A DNA stretch of 64,000 nucleotides. It comes from Epithemia pelagica (lineage: Eukaryota > Protista > Bacillariophyta). Every line of letters begins with the position of its first letter. The stretch's first letter is position 1. The position numbers and the translations under genes are program-made. The stretch is taken from contig OX337237.1 of the NCBI GenBank assembly GCA_946965045.2, positions 620,001-684,000 of the forward strand. The letters are read 5' to 3'. Positions 11,694 through 22,384 of this stretch are shown here, piece by piece. The notes beneath the pieces were generated by a model. That model saw nothing but the letters and a program-made list of their open reading frames with translations, ran no database searches and was not told the origin of the DNA.

Positions 11694-11786
11694 GTACAAT
11701 ACAAAAAATACGCATCCGTAATCCGTACGAGAAAGGTACGCGTCCATGGTACATGGTACACTACTACACCGACCAAGACCTCGTAC
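11694..11786. promoter_or_regulatory. Cluster of six GTAC motifs (CuRE-like) upstream of Ctr
   Basis: GTAC at 11694, 11725, 11736, 11749, 11756 and 11783, about 330-420 bp upstream of the Ctr ATG. Confidence 0.5.
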
Positions 11787-12112
11787 GATCCATATTTGAG
11801 ACGACTGCAATGCGACCCAGTATCTGTATGCGACCAATACACCATTTATGCGACCCAAATTTCATTGCCCGACGACAACAGACAGTCGGTCAAAGCGCTA
11901 CGGACATCAAGGACGGACACTTTCTCTCTCTCTCGAGATCTTTTGTGCGGTCGAGGACAATGGCCGTGTGTGTCTATCGGTTCTTCAGATTCGCCATTGT
12001 TCCCCCTCCTCATCCGTGCGTCCTACCTACAGCGCATTAGTATTCCTTGTTCTGCTAGCGGAAAGCAACAATAACAACAACGCCCTTCTTTGTTTGACAA
12101 ATCATCATCAGG

Positions 12113-13024
12113 ATGGAGGAAGATCATTCGCATACCATTCCTCATCATCCGGATACTGCTCATGATGCTTTGCACCACAACGATGCATCACCCTTTTGTC
12201 AAGGCATGCCCATGACCATGTATATGGAAGGATTTCAATGGGCCCTGTGGAGGAGACCATCACAACAAGGCGAGGGCCAACACAATGCCACACCGTTGGG
12301 GTATCATCATGATGATGCAACTGTCAATTCCTCGACACCACTTCCACCGTGTTTGGTCTATTTGGTTCCCACGTGGATGCTGGACACGCGTGGATCCTTT
12401 GAAGGGGCCGTCGTCTTTTCCTTTTGGTTGGCCTTTTGGTTGGAAGTACTGAGTGCTCTACGAGATCATGTGCTGCGAATGCATCATGGCCTACTCCGAA
12501 TGAAGTTACCAACGAATCAACAACATCAACCACAACCGCATCAACAACGAGAAGAACAGCATGACGAACACGAACCACTCCTCGAGTCTGTAGTTACTCC
12601 ACAGGAGTCTGAACGAACAACCACGACGCGACGTCGTCGTCGCATTGTGGATGCTGTAGAACCAACTTCTCCATCTCTTGTCAATGCTACTACTGCTAAT
12701 ACTTCTGACAATAATACTCGCAACCACAACCGCCACCTTCAGTCCAGCCATCAGTTTCGCATCCGACGCCTCCTTGTCTCGTGCACCTTAACTCTCATTT
12801 ATGGCCTCCAAGCTCTGTTGGGATACCTGTTGATGTTTATGGCCATGAGTTTTTCCCTGGAAATTTTGGGGGCGACCGTTCTCGGTCTCATGGTGGGCAA
12901 TCTCGTCCTGTTTCGGTACCACGAGTTTGCCCCTCGGACCAAACGACAACCACCACAACAACAGCAACAACCACAAGAAGAGAATCATTCCATCCTCCAT
13001 GGCAGCCCTGCTCGCAACCGCTAA
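12113..13024 (+). CDS. CTR: Ctr/COPT-family copper transporter
   Basis: His-rich N-terminus, Mets motif GMPMTMYM, TM1, MxxxM (MFMAM) in TM2 and GxxxG (GLMVG) in TM3. The true C-terminus may lie in another frame (see findings). Confidence 0.9.
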   Translation: MEEDHSHTIPHHPDTAHDALHHNDASPFCQGMPMTMYMEGFQWALWRRPSQQGEGQHNATPLGYHHDDATVNSSTPLPPCLVYLVPTWMLDTRGSFEGAVVFSFWLAFWLEVLSALRDHVLRMHHGLLRMKLPTNQQHQPQPHQQREEQHDEHEPLLESVVTPQESERTTTTRRRRRIVDAVEPTSPSLVNATTANTSDNNTRNHNRHLQSSHQFRIRRLLVSCTLTLIYGLQALLGYLLMFMAMSFSLEILGATVLGLMVGNLVLFRYHEFAPRTKRQPPQQQQQPQEENHSILHGSPARNR

Positions 13025-13560
13025 AAGAAGAAGAAGAAGAAGAAGAACAACGACGACGACGACGAGAATTCTGGCAACTTCTTTACAAGGAACTGTTGGG
13101 GGAGGAGCCGTGCTGCTGCAACCACAACCACACGAATATTGATGATGACGACGACAAGGACACCAGAGCACCACGAGTTCCAGGTGACACACACAAACGA
13201 TGATGGCAGCAGCGCCACCATTCTACAGTATACGGTGGAGGCATTCCGACAGAAACAACGAGTCTCGTTTGGGGACATGTTTGGGCGTCGCGTGTGTCAA
13301 AACCACCACCACCACGACCGATGACAAAGAGACTCCCCTTATTGGATGGACTGTGTGGTTTGGGGGACGAAACTGCAACATGGGGATACTTGTGTGTGTG
13401 TGTGTCTAGAATCTATGAGGCATTCTACTTTATAGTTGGTTGACTAGTGTATACTGAATGGTCCAAACGACACAGACCGTCCGAGAGCCGCCCTTCTGCT
13501 GCTTAGGCGTCTTGCTGTTGTTGTTGTTGTTGTGGTTCCGACTGGGTGGTAGTATTAATA

Positions 13561-13730
13561 CTTCCCGGTGTCGAGTCCTTTCAAGGAGGGACCGCCCGGC
13601 GCGGAGGGTAGAATGACGAGGAGGGCAATGGTCGAGGAGGGCGCACGCCCGACAAGACAATTGCCCGTCGAGTCATTCTCCCGACAAGCCGGGCGCGCCC
13701 GACGCGAGAGGACGGCCAGACACAGGGAAG
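13561..13730. mobile_element. Stowaway-like MITE (170 bp)
   Basis: TA|CTTCCCGGTGTC … GACACAGGGAAG|TA; a further solo TA|CTTCCCGGT end near 13859. Confidence 0.6.
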
Positions 13731-13785
13731 TAGTAAACTTACTCCCTATCAAGCTGTGTAGGTAGTGAGAATTTCCTGGAAGCCA

Positions 13786-13826
13786 TGTCACAAAGTGTCA
13801 CACAAGTGTCACACAAGTGTCACACA
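13786..13826 (+). repeat. 11-bp tandem repeat (GTGTCACACAA, about 3.7 copies)
   Basis: Read directly from the sequence. Confidence 0.85.
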
Positions 13827-13882
13827 CGAGAGGGAAACCGCGCGACTCGCACGAAACTACTTCCCGGTCGTACAAAAAATTC

Positions 13883-16685
13883 CTACTGTAGTACTCCTAT
13901 AAAAATGTGAGACGAACTACCTACACAGTCTGGTATGGAGTTAGTAGTCGAGGAGGCGGTCATGGATTGTTGTACCGCATATTCCTTTTCCCGTTGTTGG
14001 AATTCTTTGGAATTGACATGTCGTTTGGCAAAGTCATGGACCAACCGTTTCCGCAATTCGGTAAACCAGGGCCAAATCATGCCCGTTTGGCCGAGGGGAC
14101 CCATGAGGGACAAGACGGCCGGGAAAAAGGTCAAGGCGTAGAGGCAGGAAAGAGCAATGGTGCAAAACAAAAAGCTGGCAAACTTGACAAAAAAGGTATT
14201 GGGAGCAAAAAACATGGGAAAGGCGGCCAACATGGTGGAAATGGCACCCGACAAGACGGAAACACCCATGTCTTGCATCATGAGCTTGACCTTTTCCGGA
14301 CGAGTTGACCCGGCCGCATCGGTAAAGGCCTCACTGATGTGAACGCAATAGTCAATCGACATTCCAATCACCACCACATAATTGACAGCCTCAATCACCC
14401 CCAAGTCATAGCCCAGTAGTACCGTAAAGGCAAAAATGTCAATGACAATCAACAAAATGGTGCCCACGGAAAGACCGGCCATGATAATGTTGCCACCCAC
14501 CAAGGTCAAGACGACAAAGCACAAGACGAGCGATAACATGATGCTCATGAAGGTTTCCTGAATGAATGTTTCATTCAAAAAGTAAAAGGACCAGGCACCG
14601 TTGGAGGTTTGCATTGTGGCCGCCATTTCACGGGGTCCATTGGCCCGCATTTGTTCACTCCAGGCATCCCACTTGTCAAAGAGGGCAATCCCATCTTCAA
14701 AGTTTTGTCCAAAGTCCTGATCCAAAACGGCATTGGTGGACATGCCCACCAACACAACTCCATTCACGGTACGGCAGGAAAAGTCATCCGGCACCTCCAG
14801 ATTCTCGTCGTTGTTCTGCTCAAAGTTTTCATCGGCAAAAACTTGACGGGAAAATTGATCAAAGTTGGTCAATTGTGTAGTTGGATCGGTGGCATCGTCT
14901 TGCAGAAAGGCGACAAACATGTCATTAAACTTGTCGGCAGGAACGGGGAAGGGTTCACAGGAATTTCCATTTTCTTCCCACAAACTACAATTGGGTCGTT
15001 GCGAGGTGACATTGTGACAGTCCAATCCATTTCCACCAGTGCGGAGCATCCATTGTCGGACAGTAAGAAATCACGGAATCCTTGCATGGGACAAGACACG
15101 ACATGACGATAGGAAAACTCATCCAAGGGAACTTGATCCGACACAATGAGACGTGCCTTGGGCCCGTTAATCCCATCGGGACCAAAACTCTCCTCATCGT
15201 CGCCATGAAGTTTGGTCACATTACCAAAAAACATGTCGTGACAGGTTTCCAAGGACCAGACTTGGGATGCGGGCAACGAGGGATTATAAGTGGGACAGTC
15301 ATTAAAGTCGGCCGTTCCAAAGTCCTTGACATCGGTATCGTCCGTCCCGGAACGGTCAATCGGGCTATCGGGGTTAATCCCCGAGACCCAAAACACTTGA
15401 ATGGCACTGGGATTTCCGGCTCGGGCAAAGAAATCAACACTGTGTACACAAACACAGATAAAGTGAGTGAAATGCCTCGCACAAATCAAGACGACGGTCG
15501 ACCATGACAATACTGCTCGCTGGATACTTACACAATACCGGGTTGTTCCTTGTACTGATTCCCATCGGGAAGGGTACTGGGCGCATCTTCATCGGGAGTC
15601 AATTGAGAGGCAAAGTACAATGCCACTCCCAGAATGCCGGCAAACACCACCACAATGGGCACGCGGTATGTGACGGTCCAGGGCGCCCATACTTCTCCAA
15701 AAAATTGCACGAGCGGGGAAGCGTGTGTCTCTTGATGCCCTTGTGGTTCTTGTTCTTCTTGGTGAAACTGTTCCTCCGTGGCCATGCTGCGAGCCACATT
15801 GTCACCGCTCTGTACAATTGTCTCTGATGGAGTGGTTCCTTCGTTGCTCGTATTGCTCTGGTCGTCGCCCTGGGATTGTTCCTCGAGCGTCAGTTGGTCG
15901 TCCCCCTGCTGTTGTTGTTGTGGACCGTTCTGATTCTTTTCCTGGACGTCAAGTGGTCGACCGAGACAAACGGCCAACCATTGCGAGGGTCGATCCCAGG
16001 CCTTGGTACGGAACCGGGTATAATACACGGCATAGACGGCGGGGGAAAAGGTGGTGACGGCACAATAATTGACGGCCACCAAAAAGGCGGAAAAGATTCC
16101 AAAGGTGGACACGGCCGGAAAGACGGACGTGGCACTGGACAAGAAGGAAATAAAGGTGGTACACGAGGTGGTAAACATGGCGCGGGCCGCCACATTAAAG
16201 GTCTTTTGCATGCGTTGATCAAACCGCGGTTCCGTGTGATGATGTTGGAATTGATCGGTGAAGACAAAAATGTCATCGACGCCAATGCCAAGAATAATGC
16301 AAAAGGAAATCAAGTTCAATACACCCAAATAGTCCTCACCCAAGATATACCGGTACAAAATGAGGGAGGGAACAAAGGCCAACAAGATTTGCATCATTCC
16401 CACCGGACGGACAAAGAAGGAATCTTGCATGATAATCAAATAGGCCAAGACGAGGCCAATGGACAAGGGAAAGAGCGCAAAACTTTGAAAGGCCAAATAT
16501 CCCACCTCGGCATTGGCCATTTCTCGTTCATTGTCATTCCAAAAAATGTCCACTCCGGGAATATCCACTTGCTTGAGAAAGGAATGAAATTCATCCCACA
16601 ACCATTGTCCCACCTCCGCAAATTGCTCGTCAGTTTCTTGCGAAGAGGATTCAAAGCCATTGAGGGGCAATCCAAAGGGATAAGT
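13883..16685 (-). pseudogene. Patched/Dispatched-like RND (sterol-sensing) membrane protein, 5'-disrupted
   Basis: Two SSD halves (ILGIGVDDIFVF…; VIGMSIDYCVH…GVSVLSGAISTMLA). Intron 15440-15531 restores the frame (PGIV|VDFFAR). One 1-nt frameshift near 15030 (SALVE/NGLDC). The native N-terminus is replaced by retrotransposon sequence; the junction is approximate. Confidence 0.85.
15440..15531 (-). other. 92-bp spliceosomal intron
   Basis: GTAAGT…ACACAG on the minus strand; removal is phase-correct and eliminates the stop at 15528. Confidence 0.8.
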
Positions 16686-17732
16686 GGTCGTCTTGACATG
16701 TTTGTTTGCTTTGGCAAGAATGTTCTCCGGGGAGTGTTCGACGTTTTGGTACAGAGCAAATGCTGCTGGGTGTTGGTTGCTTCGAGTTGTTGATTTTCCG
16801 AAGTGTGGATCTTTCCAGTCCGGTGGTTCAGCGGTGGAGAAGGGCAGTGGGTGATCTTGATGGAAGAGCAGGCGGGTGGCAAAGTGTCCCAGAGACCCCA
16901 AGTGGTCAACCGTAAAAGGGATCAAGTAAATTCCGTTGTGAAGGAGATGGGTGGCGGTGTTGGGGTCTCTACAATATTTGGCCCTGGCCGCTTCGTTGTG
17001 CGTCCTTGATGCAAGTTTTGCGATGGCAGTGTGGTCGGACGGGTCTTGAAGGGGTGTTCGGGACTGTGGAGGTGGTATGGTTACGTCGATCGCAACGTAT
17101 TGGAATGGCTCATTGTTGTGGGGCTGGGTCAGGTGCAGCCCGACGTCTGCAGGACGGATATTGCGGTTGTGCAGAGGCACAAGGCCCGGCGGTTCGATGT
17201 GGACGTCGTGGAGGGAATCGACTGTTTTCGCTGCCGGTGCGGCTCGCCGAAGGATGTCGAAGAGGGTGTCGCGTACCGCGTTCGATAGCGCTGTTTTTGA
17301 TGCTTGGTTGCAGTGGAAGAGGTGGTCCCCTTCTTTGTCCAATTCTTTGTTGCAGCGACAACGGCCGCCGGCGTTGGAGTGGAAGAGCGGCAACCGCAGT
17401 TTCCGCCGTATTGCTGTTCTAAATATTTGGTTGTCGAGTCGAAAGCATTCGGATGTGCGTGGTAAGTGAAATGCCATGCTTGTCAGTGGTGACAAGAGTG
17501 ATGGAAGAAGAACTCGTTCTGTCGGAGTGGTGGTTTCAATGAGTTTTGGGATGACGTGTTCTTGCAGGATGTGGTTGATTTGTCTGTTGTGTGTTGTGTG
17601 GTCATACCGTTCGTGCTTGTAGAGAGTTTGGTCGGCGTACTCGTGGGTGAAGAGGGAGAGGCCTCTTCGGAAGGCTATGATGGCTGGATCCTCGCTGTGT
17701 TCCCAGTTTCGGTATTGTTGTTGGTGGTGGGT
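16686..17732 (-). mobile_element. CRE-clade non-LTR retrotransposon, 3' part (zinc knuckle plus restriction-like endonuclease)
   Basis: IRRKLRLPL…CRC…DKEGDHLFHC…RPADV…VAIDVTI…AKY…LIPFTVDHLGSLG. No stop or 3' tail; the frame continues into the Patched-like exon. Confidence 0.85.
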
Positions 17733-18488
17733 TAGTAGAACTCTCATTGAGAATTCAGAAGGGTAATAGGTAGTTGGGTAAAAGGCTCGCTGAGCCGACA
17801 ATCGATCACCAACCGATACAACAATCCTCCACGGGTCAGAGAAGAGTTGCAAGTCGAAGTCCGCCGTGGGTGGGGGCAGTCGGTCCACTGATAAGAGGTT
17901 AGTCTTAAGATGAGTGTTAAAATGGTGATATTAATGATTGTGAGATGATTACTAACTAAGGTGTTTGATGAAGGTCGAGGTCCTGGCTCTTGTATACGGC
18001 CATGGATCTGGTGTGATAGGTCCTCAAATGGTTGGAGTAGACCTGCATTGTTGTATTGAAAGTATATGCAGTTGTATATCATATACCAATGCCAACAGCT
18101 CTTGCTTTGTTGTGATATAGGTAGTTTTCTTGGCGCATTGTTGATTGCATTCTTGGAATTGTGGGAATGGAAATATGGTCTCGCGTGATCGTGATTCGTG
18201 CTTTGATTACTTAGGTCGTTGAGGTAAGTCGTGGAGGTGCTCACTCGGATCTTGATTGCGCGCGCTTGAGAATATTGGGCGCGCACGTGATGGGCCATAG
18301 TCAATATCCGAGCGGTCGCCGATAGCGCGTGCATTGCGAGCATGCCTTGGCCAAAATTAAAGGTCCGCGAGCATGCCGTCATTCTTTTCTCACTTTTACA
18401 CAAATGTCATCGGATGCCATAAAATACTAGCATCAGTCGATGTGTTGTAGATTCCACCACCACCTAGTTAAAGGTGAGAATCCTAACA
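17733..18488 (-). repeat. 3' LTR (TG…TA)
   Basis: Direct repeat of 22385-23140; the 219-aa translations in the track are identical. Confidence 0.95.
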
Positions 18489-21400
18489 CTCCCCACAATT
18501 CGTCGAGTGAGGATTGTTATTTTCCTTGTCATGCTTCTGAACGTTTCCTCCCCAGAAGAATATGATCTTGAACGTGGTCCATACTTTCGAGAATTTCCAA
18601 TGCTTACTGACAATGTATCCCGGACGCTCTCATAGGGATATCTCAGGCAATAAGTAATCAGTTCATCATTCTTCAGTTGGTAGGTCTTGTCGGTGCCCTT
18701 TGAGCTATGCTCCCCAGGTGCCTTCTTCATCCAAACATTGGGATCTGCTTTAGTTGGTGACAAATCCATATCAAGTGGGATGTCAAAGAAACAGTCACGC
18801 CGACATGCTCCTGAAGATTTTAATCCCTTTGAGGCCTTGTGCGTAATCAAGATGTGACCTGATTCCTTGAGTTCTTGTCTTGCAACTATCAAGATCTTCT
18901 CTCCAGATAAAGCTTCCAGGTCGTGTGCATTTCCAACTTTTGCTCCCCATATATCCATATCATTGAGAATCCCAAGACAGGTGGTTGTATGAAAGTTGTG
19001 AATGGAAGTAGTACACAAAAAGATTGCCTCAACCGGTTCTTTGGTAAAAGCCTCGTCTGTGATGAGAAGTGCTGGGCGACTATCATCATGTTTTACAAGA
19101 TGGATTTGAATCTTGTTCTTGTGATACTCTTCTGGTGATGCATTTATCATTTCCCTTCTTTTGAACTGAGCTTGAACGCAATCCTTGACTTTTGTGAGGG
19201 ATTGGATCTGTGAAGCCTGAAAGAGCTCAACTTCAGTAGTGTCGTGCCACTTTCTTTTACCATGTTGCTTGTCTAACAAAACAGCTAATTCTTCATTTGT
19301 CATTGAAACTTGATAACCAAACTTGTACTTGATGGAACGACAGGCTTGCTTGATTCTTGACTGCTGTTTGGCAGCTTGAACAAGGCATTTACTAGTCTTG
19401 ACAAAACGCTTGAGATGTTTCCATCCAAGTTCATTTAATAGGTCATGTTTCTTGGCATAGGCATCATTTACCATGAGTGACGGAGGCTCATAGATCATCT
19501 CCCCAGTCTCCCAATCAACAAGTATATTACAGTGACTTCTTTTGTAGTCAGGATTGTTGCTAATACTTGACGGTTCTTGATCTGCAACAACGTCCCTGAA
19601 CTGAAAAACGTCATCTTCAGTTTCCTGTGCTTGGTTGTCCTGTTTGATGTATTCCATATGTTGACGGTATGAAATTATCTTGTCAATGTCGGAAATGGAT
19701 TTGCAGAAAGTGTACTTGATACAGTCTTCTTGCTTGAGAGCATCTTGTTCTAAATCAATGACGCATCTTATAAGACACGGTTGTGGTTGCTCCCCATTAT
19801 ACGGTTGTCGTTGCTCCCCATTTTCCTCTGGATCATAAACAAGGAAAGGTTGTCCAATAGTGTCATCATGTTTGATCATTGGAATTTGCGTGGATGGATC
19901 TTCACCTTTGCTAGAAATGAGAACAATGTCAGCTTGCTTGCCGTTGGGTTCACTTGGAAGCAATTCCTCCCCTGAAGAGGTATCCACACAAAGGTTGCTG
20001 GGTGGCGTGGGTGCATCATGAAGAATGGCAGAGTAACAAAGGGTTGGAGTGTCCAGAGACAAAGTATCACCAATAGGAGGGGCAAAAACAAGCCAGTAGC
20101 CAAGTGTCGTAACAAAAGAGGGAGGGTAGGGACGGTAGGGACGGTGGGAGAGGGCATATGATTCGGTAAAGTAGGGGGCCTTGTCCCAGATAAGGAAGAA
20201 AAGAGGGTGGGTAATGCCGGGTGGGCGACCATTGAGGATCTCAAGAGGGATATGGCCCGAAACGGTCACGACGTATGTTGTCCTCTTAACGGTCTGATAA
20301 CGGTTCTCAGCCATGTTCTGATCTTGGAGGTATGGTTTGGAACAGTATTCTCCAAGCAGGGGTGTGAAGAAGGAAGGCGTATCAGGTCCATGATCGTAAG
20401 GTAAATCCAAGAGAAGGTTGAGGTTACAGACAACACGATTGGTATACTTCCCAAAAGCATCATTCGGATTACCATCATTTTCAACAGTCCTTGAAGAAGG
20501 TGCTGTATCTTGCATGGGATCAAGATACCAATGATTATAGCCAGTCAATTGATTGTCACCGGAGAAAGTAGACATGCGAGAGAGCAGATGTCGAGATATC
20601 TCAACTTTCTGTTTACAGTTGTTGTTCTCGAGGCAATCATTAGGGATGGATGTTGCCTTGGTATTGGACACCAAATTAGCAAGATCAGATGTTGGATGAT
20701 TGACATCAATATTGGTCACAACTTGTGGAACCAACCGGGTAATCAGATCAAAGAAATTATCTTGATGGTCTTGGGAATCATCTTGAATCATGTCGTCAAT
20801 CCATGCACGACCAGGGTCGGGATCAGGTTCCGGATCAATGTCAAGAGTATGCGTCTGTTCCATGCATGCAGTTGTTGATGACGCATTCAGGGTAGACTTG
20901 TTGTACGCAATGATTACTTGACGACTATTGTCGTTGAGTTTACTCCATAGATTTCTTGGAAGACTGATCTTTGGACGAAGCGAAGATGATTCCTTGGTCT
21001 TCACGTTAGTTCTCTTAATCATGCGGTGTTTTTCTTTGGGTGATAGATCTTTGATATCAAAATCTTGATCATATTGAAAGTCGCATTGCTTGGTATGCTT
21101 AAGTCGGTTAGACTTTGGTGCTCGAGTTGCTTGGTCATGATCATATGCGGCATCAAGGAGAAGACGGAAATATGATTGATAACAAAGTGTCTTTGCACCA
21201 GACAAGATGTTGACTTGTCGTAAATCAGGTACCTTTTCAACGGCTTTCATCAGGAAGGTCATCCTAGTGGAGTGGCCAGGAATGTGATCAAACATTGATC
21301 CCAGATTGTCGAGAAGATGGAATTGGTGTTGAAAGTGGAGAAGAAACTGATAGGTGGTGCCGTGCCATGAATCATCGAGACAAAGATTGGAGATGTAGTT

Positions 21401-21880
21401 GTTAAGACGTAGCACCTCTCTTTTTGCTAAACGAAATGACGAAATGCAACCTTGGTTCAGACGGAGCTTGGTGAAGTCTGCATTGATTCTCCAATGATCA
21501 TAATTGGCCTTGGTGAGGTTCAACCAGGTAGAGCGAGGTAAATCAGACTGCTGCAGGGTTGAGGTTTGTTCTCGTGACCAATGTGCTAGGATCTTCAGTT
21601 GATGCCTTGTATATGTCTTCAGGTCCATGGTCTTGTTCCCATACTTGTATTGTCCAAGGTCCTTGATATTCTTTTCTGGATTGACTGCAAGATAGTCGAT
21701 GACATTCAGAATGTGTTCGAAACCACTATGTTTTATCCATTGATGAAGGGCTTGAGCTCGTTCTTCATCACATTCAAATAGATGCTGGGTGATATGATTG
21801 AACACTTGTGTATCTGATATGTCAGGCGGTACTGAGTCGTCAGAAGGAAGAGAAGGTGTCTTGGGGTATGTTGGATCCAT
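18464..21880 (-). CDS. Gag plus degenerate, internally deleted Pol (1138 aa)
   Basis: CoDi-type gag (LDDSWHGTTYQFLLHF), chromo-like/RT-start segment (NILVDWETGE…YEP…GWK…YKFG) and eroded RT motifs (IWGAKVGNA, KGLKSSG, PTKADPNVWMK). No YVDD, RNase H or integrase core recognised. Stop lies inside the 3' LTR. Confidence 0.85.
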   Translation of the reverse strand: MDPTYPKTPSLPSDDSVPPDISDTQVFNHITQHLFECDEERAQALHQWIKHSGFEHILNVIDYLAVNPEKNIKDLGQYKYGNKTMDLKTYTRHQLKILAHWSREQTSTLQQSDLPRSTWLNLTKANYDHWRINADFTKLRLNQGCISSFRLAKREVLRLNNYISNLCLDDSWHGTTYQFLLHFQHQFHLLDNLGSMFDHIPGHSTRMTFLMKAVEKVPDLRQVNILSGAKTLCYQSYFRLLLDAAYDHDQATRAPKSNRLKHTKQCDFQYDQDFDIKDLSPKEKHRMIKRTNVKTKESSSLRPKISLPRNLWSKLNDNSRQVIIAYNKSTLNASSTTACMEQTHTLDIDPEPDPDPGRAWIDDMIQDDSQDHQDNFFDLITRLVPQVVTNIDVNHPTSDLANLVSNTKATSIPNDCLENNNCKQKVEISRHLLSRMSTFSGDNQLTGYNHWYLDPMQDTAPSSRTVENDGNPNDAFGKYTNRVVCNLNLLLDLPYDHGPDTPSFFTPLLGEYCSKPYLQDQNMAENRYQTVKRTTYVVTVSGHIPLEILNGRPPGITHPLFFLIWDKAPYFTESYALSHRPYRPYPPSFVTTLGYWLVFAPPIGDTLSLDTPTLCYSAILHDAPTPPSNLCVDTSSGEELLPSEPNGKQADIVLISSKGEDPSTQIPMIKHDDTIGQPFLVYDPEENGEQRQPYNGEQPQPCLIRCVIDLEQDALKQEDCIKYTFCKSISDIDKIISYRQHMEYIKQDNQAQETEDDVFQFRDVVADQEPSSISNNPDYKRSHCNILVDWETGEMIYEPPSLMVNDAYAKKHDLLNELGWKHLKRFVKTSKCLVQAAKQQSRIKQACRSIKYKFGYQVSMTNEELAVLLDKQHGKRKWHDTTEVELFQASQIQSLTKVKDCVQAQFKRREMINASPEEYHKNKIQIHLVKHDDSRPALLITDEAFTKEPVEAIFLCTTSIHNFHTTTCLGILNDMDIWGAKVGNAHDLEALSGEKILIVARQELKESGHILITHKASKGLKSSGACRRDCFFDIPLDMDLSPTKADPNVWMKKAPGEHSSKGTDKTYQLKNDELITYCLRYPYESVRDTLSVSIGNSRKYGPRSRSYSSGEETFRSMTRKITILTRRIVGSVRILTFN
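18489..18496 (-). other. Polypurine tract
   Basis: GTGGGGAG immediately precedes the 3' LTR TG on the minus strand. Confidence 0.8.
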
Positions 21881-22370
21881 GGTAGTATATGGTTGGTTCG
21901 TTGTTTATTTAATGTGTGGTGTGATCTGAACCCGGATGTACCACGTGTGTGCCACGTATATCAGTACCCGGATGTGTGTTGTGCTTGGAACCCGGATGTG
22001 AGGATCTCGGTTTTGTCTCTGGTTTGTTGTGGAAACGACTTAAAGTTACTTATCCTTGGTCACTTCCGGACTCGTTGCGGTGATCGAGTTGAACCGGGGA
22101 GTCAGGAATAGTGGTAGCTTCCTCGTCTTGCTCGTAGTCCTCAACAAAGTACTGGTCAGGTGAGTATTGGGAAGGTAGTTGCACGGAGTCCTGGTCCAGC
22201 TTGAGGTCCTGGAATAGGAGAGGGTTGGTGACCCTAGCCTCAGCCAGGCTGGCCCTGTTGTTGGGTTGGGTAGTTTTGTCCTCTAACTCTTGTTTGTTGG
22301 GGTAGCTCAATCTGTAATGGGCGTAGATGGGTAAGTAAGGTATCCAATGCAACTGCAGGGCAATGAGCGC

Positions 22371-22384
22371 TGAGACTGTTAATC
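22371..22384 (-). other. Primer-binding site, complementary to a putative tRNA-Asn(GUU) anticodon arm
   Basis: GATTAACAGTCTCA abuts the 5' LTR; its complement reads TGAGA-CTGTTAA-TC (stem, loop, start of stem). Confidence 0.55.

Noticed and set aside
15528-17888. 786-aa ORF as a normal single gene
   Set aside because: It is a composite of LTR, CRE retrotransposon and Patched exon; the listed start is a GTG inside the LTR.
17744-18403. 219-aa ORF inside each LTR
   Set aside because: Non-ATG start, no recognisable domain; identity between copies only reflects LTR identity.
21930-21999. Three ACCCGGATGT repeats in the copia leader as a CRISPR-like array
   Set aside because: Only 10 bp with unequal spacing inside a retrotransposon leader; at most a packaging or regulatory motif.
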